This document shows, one piece after another, positions 26,515 through 39,985 of a DNA stretch of 64,000 bases. The position numbers and the translations under genes were made by a program. Under the pieces are notes generated by a model, which made no database searches, was not told the DNA's origin, and saw only the letters and a program-made list of their open reading frames with translations. Positions within the stretch are counted from its first letter, which is position 1; each line of letters opens with the position of its first letter. Source of the stretch: Camelus dromedarius (Eukaryota); contig NC_087437.1 in the NCBI RefSeq assembly GCF_036321535.1, forward strand, positions 35,838,001 through 35,902,000, written 5' to 3'.

Positions 26515-27083
26515 TGTTAGTGAGCAAGATGTTGTATTCTTGACGGCAAACAAACCAAAACATCTGAGTTTAGAGCAGAGAAAGGTTTATTGCAGGGCCA
26601 AGCCAGGAGAATGGCGGCTTGTGCTCGAAAAACCTGAACTCTTTGATGGTGTTGGCGGGGGTGGTGGTTGAGTTTTTATAGGCAAAATTTGTGGTGGGGG
26701 CCTTAGAGTGTGTGATTTTCTTCTGATTGATTGGCAGTGAGGAAACAGGATGGTCTTCCAGCAATCTTGTGAGCAACCTGAAGTTGCTGTCCTCCGCCTG
26801 GGTGGGTGCTTTAAGTTCCTGCAGAAGAATTCAAAGCTATTATTATGTATATTATTTGAGGAGGAACAAGGACACTGCCCTAAGGCTGCTGTATTATTTC
26901 TTGACTGTTCCTCCCTTGTCTCTGCATCCCCTCCCTTCCCTGATTAGCAACTGTTTGAATCTGCCCTTTGGAACTCAGGTTAAGGTCAAGGAGGCTGAAT
27001 GAAGCCTATTTCCTACAAAAGAGAAACAGGGAACAGAAAGATTTTGTACCAGGGAGGACCCTACAGGGTTCTGCTCCATTTCA
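26515..27083 (-). mobile_element. ERV1-type solo LTR, 569 bp
   Basis: Starts TG (26515), ends CA (27083), with a perfect 4-bp TSD GTAC at 26511-26514 and 27084-27087. AATAAA is on the minus strand ('ggtttattgc', about 26586-26591), and CCAAT boxes are on the minus strand ('ctgattgattgg'). Confidence 0.9.
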
Positions 27084-27817
27084 GTACTAGGGTGATTATT
27101 TTCATATAGTTTGTACACACAATAGCAGTATATAATAATCACCACAAAAACAGGACCATGTGTTACATTTTACCCTCCTTCTTTCAAAACTCTGCCCCAT
27201 ACAGCTGTCAAATATCCAGTTTTTCCAGGTCTTGGTCAATTTGACATGTGGTTAAATTTGCAAAAATGCGTCCTAAGATACTGCCTCATAGAGGAGTTGT
27301 GAGGGTTTAAGTATTTATAAAATTTTTTTAATCACAAAATCTTTATAAATGTAAGACATAGTTATTTTTATATTTATTTTAATATTTATTTTGTCTTACG
27401 TTTATTTGATGTTTATATTATTGTTTGTCAGTTTACAAAATATTCTTTCTGCATATTTTGCTAAGTGAGCCTATGGTGACTGAAAAAAATTAAATACATG
27501 CCCAAGTGGGACTTCTAAAACTAGATAATTTCAAGTGTCCTTAAAACATGTCTTCTCTTATGCATGTAAATTTGTTGTATAAGCTTGTATTCATTGAAAA
27601 CTGCAAAATATTATTCATTAAAAGGATCAAACAATAATTGGAAAACTTTCTAGGCTTGAAAAAACATTAAGTATGGAAAAATTCAATATATAGACTATTT
27701 TGAAAAGATAACTTTTTAGATAAAATATATTTTCTCAAATAAAATAGTGTAATATTCATGGCATGCTATGAATAATTATTGTGTTTCCTAAGAACCACCG
27801 AACAAATCTTATACAGA

Positions 27818-28261
27818 TGTATTAGTTTCCTAGGGCTGCTGTAACAAAGTACCACAGATCGGGTAGCTCAGGCAACAGAAATCTGTTGTCTCAGTTCCTG
27901 ATGCTAAAAATCCAAGAACAAAGTGTCTGCAGAATTGATTCCTTCTGAGGGCTGAGAAGGAGAATTTGTTTCTTGCATCTTCCCTGGCTTCTGGTGGTTA
28001 CCTGGCAATCCTCGATTGTTCCTTGGCTTGTAGAAACATCACTCTGATCTCTGCCTTCATTTTCACATGGCATTCTCCCTTTGGGCCTGTCCATCATTTT
28101 TATAAGAACACTAGCCATGTTAGATTAAAACCCACTACAATGACATTTTAATGTGATTGCATCTGTGAAGACCCCGTCTCCAAATGAGGTCACATGCTGA
28201 GGTGCAGGGGGTTAAAAGAGCAACATAAGGATTTGGAAGGGACATAACTCAACCCATAACA
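27818..28261 (-). mobile_element. MaLR solo LTR (MLT1C-like)
   Basis: 'tgtattagtttcctagggctgctgtaacaaagtaccaca...ctcaacccataaca', with 5-bp TSD acaga/ataga. Confidence 0.9.
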
Positions 28262-31200
28262 ATAGATTACCAATTGAAGGAGAATTATGATACTATAAAA
28301 TATGGCCAACAATAAAATCATCTAAAAGGAATTGCCAAGATTTACTTAATAAAGTGCAAAAAATAATAGCTTGGCAAGCAACAACAATTCTAAAAATGCC
28401 ATCTTTTTATGTCATTTTTATTTCTGAAAATAATTACCATTTTTTTATTTGAAAATATTTTTTGAGCGTTTATACCATGAACGATTGGCTACTCATCTTT
28501 ACCAGTGGCAAATACAAAAATGCTTTTACCCTCACAGATGTTATGGTATGGAAGAAAATATTTCTTGTTCTAATTTTGAACCTTTGAAATCCTGCTGAAA
28601 TTGAAAAACACATACTAATTTTAATGGATTTAAGAGATTGATGCAGCAGACCAGTTTCCTGTGTTATTTTACAGCTGTCACATTGGGCTTTGTACACATG
28701 CTATTTAAGAGTATTTAGTAGGATATCAAATAATGAAAAATTTATTCTAATAATTTAGCTGTAGTTTGGCTATTCTTTTGGTTTTATACTTGTATATCCA
28801 TGGTTTTTGCTTTGCAAATTAAAATGAGGAAAAATACTATGACTTTTCAGATTATATATAAAGCCACTTGCATGACAATGTTTTGTTGAAACTTACTATC
28901 TGAACAGACTCTTAGACATTTACTCTTAAACCTAAGAAGCAAATGTGGAATGGGTTCTTAATTCTCTGGTGATGTTTTTATATTTCCATTCCTGCCTTGA
29001 TGGAGCCTTCAGGGATGTATTTCACCTCTCAGGCAGTGATGGAACTCTTGATAGTCCCTTCTAATGCTAAAGCTGGGGCCAGATGAGATGCAGTAAGCTG
29101 GGCTGCCTGGGGAAATGGCATCATAAAGCATGAAGGCCCAACTCATGTTCTAGTCTGTGCTATTTTGAAAGACTCTATTATAGCACAACATAGTTGTACT
29201 TAACACAATATTGAAATTCACAGACACAAAAGAAAGAATGTAGGAAAGTCAATGGGGGATAAGGTTGCTTTTCACTTTAGATCTCAGCCCCACTCGTACT
29301 TAAGTATGATCTTTTTTTCTTCCTTAATCTTCACATAAATATGTTTTGAATGACAGAACAATTAGAAAGGAACCAGATTGCAGTATCTGTATCTGTCACT
29401 ATAGCTACACCCTGACAGACATAAATTCCCTGCTGATTTTGCTACAGTGTATTATCAGAGAAGTAAGCTAAATCTTAACCTAGTTTTTTTTTCCCAATGT
29501 AGCAGTGTATTGGAAGAAATGCTTTCTTCATCCTACTCTGAAAGTTGCATTTTTTCCCTACTGTATGATAAATATCTGATGGATAAAATCTACTTTATCT
29601 ATTACAGTAAATTGCTATTAAAAAATAATGTAGGATGGCTGATACAGGCAACTAGATGCTGCACAGTGGACCGTGTGAAATTGACTAGGCGTATCCAGAT
29701 AATTTCAGAGAAAATGAGGACAAGTTCTACAGGACCATGAAAATACCAGTGCTCTCCCTGGATCACTGGCCTCGGTCTAATTTCCAAAGGCAGTTGCTCC
29801 ATTGGCTGTTGTTGCTTCAGTGATGCCAAAGTAAATTTTCATCAACTTACGTAATACTCTGACAGCCCTGCATAGAGTTAAATAAAATATTTTTGTACAA
29901 ATACACATAACTTCCAATCCATTGGCACCAAAATTAAGTCCACATCTTCATATGAACTAAATTAGATATAAATTAAAAAAACTTTTGGCTTCAGGAAATA
30001 ACATAAGATGACCTTTTTTGTGCCTTAATTAGCTGTTTTGAATTTGTCACAGGTTTTAAGGAAAAAGTTATCTTCTTCTTTTACTACTAACATGTTCCTT
30101 TTCCATTTCTCATCATAATATAAATTACGGCTGGTTTGCTTTTATTATGGAAATGTTAAAGGTGAGTGCTTTTATATGTAGCAAGAGCTATGGGTATGAA
30201 AACTGTTCATCAGACATCATTGTATACAGTGTACATTTCTGACCCTGGCAGTCAGATGCCTACAGATAAAGAGCTTTTCCCAGTCAGCCAATTAAGAAGG
30301 TAACAACTGTTCATAATTATGCATATCTGATGCACCACCATCCCCTTTATTCTTTAGTTGAAAATATTTGTTGTCTTAATGTCTCTCTATTGCTTTGAAT
30401 TGAATGAGCTCTTGTGTTATAATCTTGATCAGTATTTCCTACCCCTTTCCATTAAATGGCAAGTAGATTTTCCAGGCACTTTATCATGCTGCAGAGGTCT
30501 CAACCATCAGCTGCAGCAAGAACATTAGTGTTCAGTTAATTGGTACAGATGGTCACAGCACTGATGCTACCATTTCATTCAGAACAAATCTGGAGACAGG
30601 GGCTGGAAAGCAGATGTCAGACCAGGGGCTTTGTTGGTATGTGCTGGCATTTCTTTCAAATGCCATTCTTTCTTTCTCACTCTCCCCTTCTTTTTTTCCC
30701 TCCCCACTTCTCACTTCCTGTTTCTCGTGGATCTTTCATAAATTTAAAACAAAGAATTTACATGCTTTGAGACATAGGTATGATTCATATATTCCTCAAT
30801 GTTTTTTAAAAAAGCATTGTTTTCTATATCACTGGTTTTGTTTCCAAATAATCTAGATACAGTGATGAGAAGTCAAACACAACTTGAAAAACACTGTGAG
30901 GAGTAAAGAACCCAAGTTATAAAAGAAGTGGCCCCTAATTATAGAAGAGTGATGCAGTAATATGGGGATTAGGAGTATATATTTTAAAAGTAATGAAATA
31001 TTCCAAAAGACTAATGAACGTTTTGAGTCCTTAATGAAAAAAAATTGAGACAAGCATGATACATGGCAGACTGTCATGTACAAAAAGTGCTAAAAAAAAA
31101 AAAGGGGGGGGGGGAGACATTCTGGCTGAGAGTGAAATACAATGATTCAATAGAAAGGAAAGATTTTGAGTTGGGATGGAGGGCAAAGGGTGGGCTTTGC

Positions 31201-31564
31201 AGGAGCCAGAACAGAAGGGGAAACCCGCTAGATTTATAAGGATGATGAGTGGCAGAGCAACTTGTCAGGAGCTGGTGGTTAATGACATAGAAGCTACAAC
31301 TAGTAAGTTTCATTCTTGTTAGATTTGGGAGATTTGATGTTCTGGCTTGAGAATTAAATTTTTCCCTAAAATCATTAGTGATTCATAATAGGTTATGAAA
31401 AAAATGAAACAGAGAGACAGAGATGGAAACAGATGGTGGGGGATGAGGCTCTTAAGAGAGAGACTACAAAAATTACAATACATAGTTATATATATATATA
31501 TATGTATTTTATATATATATGTTGTTGTTGGGGGAAATTATTTCTTTAGTTCAATTATCTATAT

Positions 31565-31877
31565 CAGAGTTTAGAAAGATTTTTCTGTAAAGGGTCAGAT
31601 AGTAAATATTTTCAGCTCTGTAGACCATATCATCTGTCACAACTACTCAGCTCTGCCTTTGCAGCATGAGAGCAGGCTAGGCAATGCAAAATGAATGGGT
31701 GTGACTGTACTCAAGAAAGTGCTTCTTTATAGACATGAGAATTTGAATCTCATGAAATATTCGTATGTCATGAAATATTTTCTTCTGTTGATTAGTTCAA
31801 CCATTTAAAAATTTCAAAGCTATTCCTCACCCATAAATGTATTAAAACAGGCAGTGGGCCATAGATTGCTGATCCCA
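31565..31877 (+). mobile_element. hAT-Charlie MITE (MER58B-like)
   Basis: 'ttttctgtaaagggtcagatagtaaatattttcagct...caactactcagctctgcc...gggccatagattgctgatccc', with decayed 8-bp TSD atctatat/atctaaac. Confidence 0.85.
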
Positions 31878-32914
31878 ATCTAAACAGTGAAATGTTTCTT
31901 TTCCATTGTATTTCCCATGTTGCCTTGACTCTGAAAAAAAATAGAGGCTTTCTTACTTTATAATAAAACATTATTCATTATAAAACACGTTTTGTAATAA
32001 ACATTAATCAAAGTTCTGAGAAGATTCATTTCTTTCATGTCTTCAATTTCATTTAAATAATTTTTGAATAACCTTGATATCATCAATTTATTTTATGAAA
32101 TTTATGTTTTCTATGCTGCATATAGCCTACAAATAAACATACTTGCAATGGATGTACGTTTTACTAACGAAAAATCATGTGGAATGAGCCAGGTATGATC
32201 TCAGTTAACCCCTTCCTGGAACATAGTTTTGCTTTGTATCATATGTATCGGCATATTTAATAAGATAGCTTGTAATGCTCTAAAATAATGTACTATAAAA
32301 AAGATTCATCCTTAGACAACTAATATTTACAGTGTATTTACAAATTAGTATCACTTTTGTTTCCTCACATGGTTCAATATAGTATATATGAAATGAGCCA
32401 AGAAAATGCTGTTTTTATTAAGTTACAGTAAAGGTGTAGTCATTCTGTGCACATGACACGTAAAAATTTAAATGACAACCATATGGTTAAAAAAGCCAAT
32501 GACACCCTGAGTGCAGGATCCATGTGTACAGACCCTGGGCTCCACTGCTCTGCTTCTTACTGAATGATAGTTTCTCTCCCCAGTTTTCTTACGTTTTAAA
32601 TGACAATGTTGATAATAATCCCCATTTCACAGACATTTTCCCCATGATGGAGAAATTAATGTGATAATTTGCTAAGGTTTCATGTCTGTTCATTGCTTGG
32701 TAGGTAAAGTTTGTTTTAAAACTTTTCATTGGACTAGCTCCTTCCTTTCAGGCTTAATGAGTTTATTTCTCTCCTTATACGTTTGATTTTTTTAAATGTA
32801 ACTATATCAAATACTTCTCACTCAAACAAGGAGATCTATGCAATGACTGAAATGTTACAGAAGTATAGATATGTATACGTGCATGTGTGTATATACACAA
32901 GTTCATGTACGTGT

Positions 32915-32938
32915 ACACACACACACACACACACACAC
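32915..32938. repeat. (AC)12 microsatellite
   Basis: Seen directly. Confidence 0.95.
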
Positions 32939-33379
32939 GTAATCTCAGAAATGTTTCCCAGATTGTGAAAGTTTCAGTAAACTCACAGTGCCCCATCCTT
33001 ACAGAGATTAGTATCAAAAATGCAGTCAAGACATATAGAGCGAGTACTCAAATGATGGGTCATTGTACTGTTTCCCATCTACTATGACCCCAGCTGTTTC
33101 CTACTGTTAGTTTATAGTTTGTGCACAGCTAGAAAACTGACATTCAAAATAACCCTTGGGTATTTATTTGCAGGTTAGATGAATATGTAATGTAATTGTG
33201 ATTCTTTATTTCCAAGTAAGGTGAAATGGCCGTCACCTGTTGGCTGGGTTTGACACAGCAGAGAAAGGCTGGAATTGGTGGTTACATCCACCTGCAACAG
33301 TGATTTCCTCAGGAGTAGACAGGGGAGAAGGGAGGATTTAAGGCCACTGAAGAATTAGGCATGAAACATGAGAGCAAAC

Positions 33380-33380
<1 letters not shown>

Positions 33381-33410
<30 letters not shown>
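33381..33410. repeat. (TG)15 microsatellite
   Basis: Seen directly. Confidence 0.95.
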
Positions 33411-33414
<4 letters not shown>

Positions 33415-33783
33415 CCGTGAGGGGATGGACTGAAAACTTTCTTGGTGCTGACTGGATAATTGTAGCCTTTGTCTGGGTATGTCTGATGCCCATACCTGGA
33501 GATCATGGTATTCATTCCTTCCTGACAGAGGAAGCTAAGCTTAGATACAGCCTCTCCTCCTGCCAGGGAAAGTGAAAGGGGTATCAAGACAGAAGAAAGA
33601 GATCATTACTGTTTTAATCAGCTCTTCTTATTTTTGAAATGTTATACTCATTCCACTGAAGCAAAAATTTGGAGTTGGGACAAATAATGCTCACAGGATA
33701 ATAGACCAGGTATTAGGTGAACTTGTGATTGAGGGGAAACATTTTATCAGTGGTACTTTGGTAATTTATACCCTTTCCTTCTG

Positions 33784-33941
33784 TTTTTTGGGGGGTTTTT
33801 GTAGAAGGGTACTTAGGTTTATTTACTTATTATTTTTAAATTTTATCTATCTATCTATCTGTCTAATTATCAGAGGTGCTGGGGATTGAACCCAGGACCT
33901 CAAGCCTACACATACTCTACCAATGAGCTGTACACTCTCCC
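33784..33941 (-). mobile_element. tRNA-derived SINE (Vic-1-like)
   Basis: 'gaggtgctggggattgaacccaggacctc...tactctaccaatgagctgtacactctccc'. Imperfect TSD taccctttccttctg (33769-33783) / tatccttttccctctg (33942-33957). Confidence 0.85.
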
Positions 33942-36159
33942 TATCCTTTTCCCTCTGGAAATGCCTGTCATTATCTGAGAAAAGGCAGCCTAGGGATATA
34001 AATAGTTAAAACTGTGCTGATCATTTGCCTATTTGATCTCAAATCCATTCCTACCTCCACCCTGATCTTCTTTGTATCCCAAATACGGAGCACTGCCCAC
34101 TCTTTCCCGGACTGCTTTCTGTTTGGTGCCAGTGAAGTCAGCAGCAAGGCATTAGAGGGTGGGAGGAAGGAAAAAGCCAGAGCACTTTTCCATCTCTCGA
34201 CTTGAATGAAATTTCTTGCAGTAGCTCCCTTTACTCCTTGGTTCTACTTCCTGCCAAACAGTTCTGCTCTCTTATGTGCTGATGGTGCTGATTTTCTTTT
34301 CTTCCACCTTTGTGACTAGATGCTCATATTAACTGCCTCTGTTAACTGACTGGATCTTGAATGATAGGAAATCAAAGGGAAGAGGCCACGTTGACTCACC
34401 CTTTGTTTAAACTTAAAGTTAAACCAGTTATGCCTGACTGGTCATTTAGGTGTTCCAGATTAAGATAATGACCCATACATGGATGAAGATTTATGTTTTC
34501 TGAATAAATTTCATTTATTCACTCAAGTGTCCCAGAAGAGAAATAAGACTCAGAGATATTCAATATAGGGCATGTTCAGGCTCAAATCCAAGAATTCTGT
34601 CCCTCAACTCTGTGGCGTTTCCCTTAATCCATCAGGAAAACATGCCATTCTCCCTCTTGTCTGAAAGATATTAAAAGATGATGATATTTTGATATTTTAA
34701 ATGCAGATAGGCTCTACATCAGGTTTCTGATCTCTGATGCAGAAGAAATTCTTGTTCTCTAATAGTATACATTCAAAAAGGAAGCATTGAATTATTATTA
34801 AGCTAGGTATAAACTCTATATTCTTATATAAATTAAAAACCCTTGACCTATTGAAATAAAATGATTCAAAACAAAGAAATATCCTCAAGTTTAATATACC
34901 TGCAGAAAAACAGTAGCTCCTGGGTGTAAAGAGGATACAAAAATATGATACAATTTCAAGTTAGTATTAAGGTCAAAATTAAAATGTGACTATGTATTCA
35001 TTATTGTGATTTCCATAAATGTTCTTAATGCTTCTGTCATCCCCCTCAGGAAATTTTAATCTCATTTAAGAAATAATATATTGTTATATTTTTAAACAGA
35101 TATTTCATTGTTTAACATACCTTATATTTTTATTTAATATATTTAGAGTTTCTTGGACAATGCTAATCATTGAAATATTTATATTATATTTGTCCTCAAG
35201 TAATAAATATACATCTAATGGACTATTATAAAATATGACAAAAAACTTGGTTTATTACTACTAGTTGTATTCACATAAAATATTTTTATTTCTAAATATG
35301 GTACATAAAATGTAAATAATAACTATTAATAGCTGTAAAATTAATAGGCATCTATTTGAAATACTGAAACAATGAATTTCTCAGCAGTTAAAATAGAGCA
35401 AAGATTTAAAAGTATAAAAAAAAAAATACTAATTTCCAATGGCTTAATATTTTCCTAGTAGGGTTTGGAAATTCAAAATAATTTCCAGAAAATACAGACT
35501 TATTCAGGCATAGAGAATGTTTTAAATACTTTTTACTCATATAGTTTGCCTTTAACTTTTAAAATCTCCATTAAAATGCCTTTGATTTAAAGAATTTTAA
35601 GGAGTGAAAGAATAATTTTCTTTAGATATTTTAATATTAATAATGTAGTATATAAACTATATTCTGTCATTAACAAGGAATGCAATTGTGCATTGAGTTA
35701 CCACTTTTACAAACATTGGTTGGCTTTTATGAAGTATGTTACAAATGATAATTCTGTTTTCTATTTATATAAATTTCTGAGAATATTAAAGGTTATTTTA
35801 TATAAATACTTAGTACAGGTAAATGGGTATATTACTTGCTATGCAACATATTCTCTATGATTGAAATTTATATGGGTGAAAAATCTGTGAAACAGCAAGA
35901 GAGGTAAATCAAAGAAGCATTTCCAGAGTATCTCCTTACATGTTTCTAGTCCACACAAGTTTAAACCTAGAAGGAAAAAAAATCACTCTAGACTTCTTAT
36001 ACTAAAAGTGAGATAACTGACTTCCAAAGAGATTTTATTTCAGGCATGAAACAGCTGCTTAATAACACAAAAGAGGGAGAGAATTCTGACCTAAACTCTT
36101 TTTTTCTTACTGCCAGTTTTTCTAAAAGATTACGGTTTTCTCATCTCATTTTCAAATTC

Positions 36160-36500
36160 TTCTTATCCTTGCAAGAAACCTGTGAGGCAGGTATTATTAC
36201 CATTTTACAAGTTTGAAAACTGAAGCTCAACTTAAACTTTTATCTTTCTTTCTTAAATAACACATTGAAATAAATATTTTTTAATGCAGGTAATCATGGC
36301 TATTATATGTTCAGTGCTTTCTATAAACCACACATTGTGCTAATCCCTTTATATAACATTTAATCCTCTCAAAAGTATGAGTTGGATTTTGAAGTTACTG
36401 TTTTATAGATTAAGGAACTGGTGTTTAGAGAGATTAAGTGAAGTCTTATCTATTGTAAGTCATGGAGATGTTTGAAACTAGGTCCATCTGACCAGAGAGG
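36160..36500 (-). mobile_element. MIR fragments
   Basis: 'cctgtgaggcaggtattattaccattttacaag...aaactgaagctca' and 'ttttatagattaaggaactggtgtttagagagattaagtg'. Confidence 0.7.
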
Positions 36501-38239
36501 AAGGAGTTTGGTTAGATCTATTTCTAAACAAGCTTTTAAATCTATGTTCCCATAATCATTTTGCATATTTAGACAAATACTGTCAGCCCCAATATTAACT
36601 TCTGTTTTTGAGTATTTTTCTGGGAACTGAGACCTTACATTACTATGGATAGAAATACTATGCTGAACAACCTTATTCTGACCTAATAAAAAAGGATTTT
36701 TAGTAGCGTAGTAGAAAATGTATTTTTTAAAAATACTGTATATATCTGATTTGCTCTCAGAGTTCTGTGAAAATGAAGGCCAGATCATCACCTTGATTTG
36801 TTTCATGGACATAGCTGAACCTCTAAATTCAATCCAGCTATTTAGTAAATGCAGGCACTTGATTAAGAATGTAAATGATTAAATTCCATTCATCTTTATG
36901 ACTTGGGAACATCTTTAAATTGAAATACTGGTTGATGGTAGGTTAATATTTTTATGTCTACTTATGAAAACAGCACTGTGTTTAAATAAGAGGAAAAAAC
37001 ACTCCATAGCCCAAATATAAAGTTGCAAATACAGGTGAACAACAACCTATTAACAGTGACTTTAAAAAAAAAAGTGTCATAAATAGAGATTTACACCATC
37101 ACCCACTCAATACATAGGGAAATAAACAAAAAGATGCAAAAATAGTGGAGATAATATCGTGTATTTTGAAACCAAGAAAGGATCTGATATGTATTGCAAA
37201 TAACAAATGCTCACAGAAGCAATAATTGAAAGGGAACTTTGGGAGCATGTGAAGTTGTTATGAGCACATTGCAGTGAAGTGGGAAATGAGGTAACTCAGA
37301 TGGTCCCACTAAGTTTTGTCAGTATAGGAAGATGAGAGTTGATCATGCTTCAAGAAAGACAACAGATAACCTATCTCAATCCCAACACCGATGATTGACA
37401 GCAACAAAATGGGCTGGAGAAAAAACCTATGTGTCAAGCAGAATTTGGAGCACAGCTGACTGGGCATGCAGAACTTTTCAGTTGCCTCTTATAAAACAGA
37501 CTTCTAGGATAGTTGCAGAGTAGCAACGGAAAGACTTGGAAGAACATGGCAGCCCTGACCGTTTAGTAAGTAGCCACAATACTTAACGATCAAGCTTCAT
37601 TTGATGTGGATAGACTGCTGAATCAAGGGAGACTGCCCTGTAGGAACACTAACCCTTCCTCATTGGTATGAGGGCCAGAGGTGAGGTTGTCCTGCGGAAA
37701 TTGGACCAAAATCTACACGATGACTGATAAGCCCCAAACTAGTAACCAAATTTAATCACTCCATATCTTTACATATATGAGCAAATAATAAACCCTATTC
37801 TATCCTGCTTTTTATTGCTATTATTATTATTGTTATGTTTAATGGAAATCTGCTGATATCTTCTTTAGGATTTTTACCTCTATGACTCCAGATAAAGTTG
37901 GCCTGTGATTTTCTTTCTTTATACTTTCCAAATCCACTTTGCTAATCAAGCTAACAATAGTTTTATAAAATAAATTGGGTAATTTTTGCTCTTACTATTT
38001 TCTATAACGCCATATATAAGATAGAAATTACATGTGCCTTATACTTTCAGGAAAGCATACCTATAAAACTATCTAGGTCTGGGCATCATTTTGTGTTTCA
38101 GGTGGTCTTTAGTTACCATTTCAATGTATTATATATTAATCGATTCAGCTGTTCTTATTGTTTTATATTTTACACTTAGTCTTTTATATTTAAAAATTTT
38201 ATGTTTTGTACCTTTCCATTTAATATTGGTTTTAATATT

Positions 38240-39445
38240 GTTGATCTTTATACCAATATTGAGATATAATCTACATAAAATAAGTACATCCATTTCAAGT
38301 GTATAATTTAATGAGTTGTGATAAATACATGCACGCACACACACACACACACACACCTCCCTCCATATAACCAAACATTGCCTCAAACCAAAAAATTACC
38401 TTGTGCCCATCCCTAATCAGCCTTAGTCAATCCAAACTCTCCCACCTCCCCCCCGACCTAGGCCCCAGGTAACCACTGAACTGTTTTCTGTCACTACCAG
38501 ATTCATTTGTCTTTTCTAGAGCTTCATGTAAATTGTATCATACAGTATATATTCTTTCGTGTTTGACTTCTCTCTCTGAGCATAATTATTTTGAGATTTA
38601 TCCAGGCTGTTGTATCTATTTGTATTTTCTTTCATTTTATAGCTAAGTATCCCATTGAATGGATATAGCACAATTGATTTACCCTTTCATTTGATGGTGG
38701 ACATTTATGGTGTTGTCAGTTTGTGTCTATTAAGAATAAAGCTGCTGTGAGCATTGCTAAATAAGGATTTGTGTATGTCTTAGTCAACTCAGGCTGCTAA
38801 AATAAAACACCACAGAGTGGATGGCTTAAACAATAGACATTATTTCTCATACTTCTGGAGGCTAGGAAGTCCAAGATCGAGGTGTTGGCAGATTTGGTAG
38901 GTTCTTGATGAGCGCCCTCTTCCTGGCTCTAAGACAACCACATTTTCTCCATGTGCTCTCATGTCCTTTCCTTGATGCAAGTGTGTGTGGAGAGAGGAAG
39001 CTCTGGTGTCTCTTAGGTCTTACAAGGATTCTCATCCCATCATGGGAGCTCCACTCTCATCACCTCATCTAAACTTAATCTAAACTTAATTACTTCCCAA
39101 AGGCCTCACCTCCTCATACTGTCATGCTGGGGATTAGGGCTTCAGCAGGGGGACACATTATGCTTATAACAGCATAGGTATGGGTTTTTCTTTCTTTTTG
39201 GGGTAAATATCTCAAAAATGGAATTGCTGGAGGTTGTATATATATATAGGTATTTACACACGTTGTGTATTCTAACACTGTGTTTAACCTTCTAAGAAAC
39301 TGACAAGTTATTTTCCAGGTAGATGTACCATCTTATTTCCCCCACCCTCAGCAATGCGTGAACATTTTAGTTTCTTTGAATTATAAACACTAGTTGCCAG
39401 TTTTAAAAATTTTAGCAATTTTAATGGTGTGTATTGATATTTCAT
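38240..39445 (-). mobile_element. Old L1 3' region (L1MB/ME-like), interrupted by MLT1A
   Basis: 'ccccaggtaaccactgaactgttttctgtcactac...tcatacagtatatattc...gagatttatccaggctgttg...gaataaagctgctgtgagcatt'. Resumes after 39176 with 'ttttggggtaaatatct...ggaattgctgg'. More decayed L1-like sequence extends left to about 37830. Confidence 0.8.
38776..39171 (-). mobile_element. MaLR solo LTR (MLT1A-like)
   Basis: 'tgtcttagtc...ggctgct...ggcttaaacaatagaca...ttctggaggctaggaagtccaagatcgaggtg...ggggattagggcttca...ataaca', with TSD gtgta/gcata. Confidence 0.9.
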
Positions 39446-39449
39446 CTCT

Positions 39450-39985
39450 GCCCACTATCCAGTTACAAAGCCATTCACAGTTTTAGGTATTTGTTACAGC
39501 AGAACCCACCCCCTCTACTACCAAAAGCTCCATTAATTCCCTATGACTATCACTGTATTGCCACAGACTAATTGACTTAAAACAACAGAGATTGATTTCC
39601 TCACAGTTCTGAAAGCCAGAAGTTCAATATCAGTTCCACTGGGCTAAAACAAGATGTTAACAGGTCTACATTTCCTCCAGAGACTCTAGGGCACACTCTT
39701 CATGTCTTACCTCTTCTAGCTTCTGGTGACATTCCTTTGCTTATGACCAAATCACTTCAATCTTTGATTACATCTTTGTATTTCTTTCCTCTTTTTGTAT
39801 GCGTAATGTCCCTCTGCCTCTCTTGTGAACATACTTTTGATTGGATCTAGGACCCACCTGGATAATCCCAGTATAATCTTCCCATATTAAGATCCTTAAA
39901 TACAGCTACAAAAATTCTGTTTCTTCATAAGGCAACAGGGCTAATTGGGACCGAATATCTTTCAGTGGCCATTTTTCATCTTACT
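39450..39985 (-). mobile_element. MaLR LTR (MLT1D-like) with a stub of internal sequence
   Basis: LTR at about 39530-39985 ('cttaaaacaacagag...tcacagttctgaaagccagaagttc...ggacccacctggataatcccag'). 39450-39530 ('ggtatttgttacagcagaacccac...tacc') resembles the reverse complement of the start of MaLR internal regions. Confidence 0.75.

Noticed and set aside
32915..33410. Complementary (AC)12 and (TG)15 tracts about 450 bp apart
   Set aside because: Ordinary independent microsatellites whose flanks show no extended complementarity.
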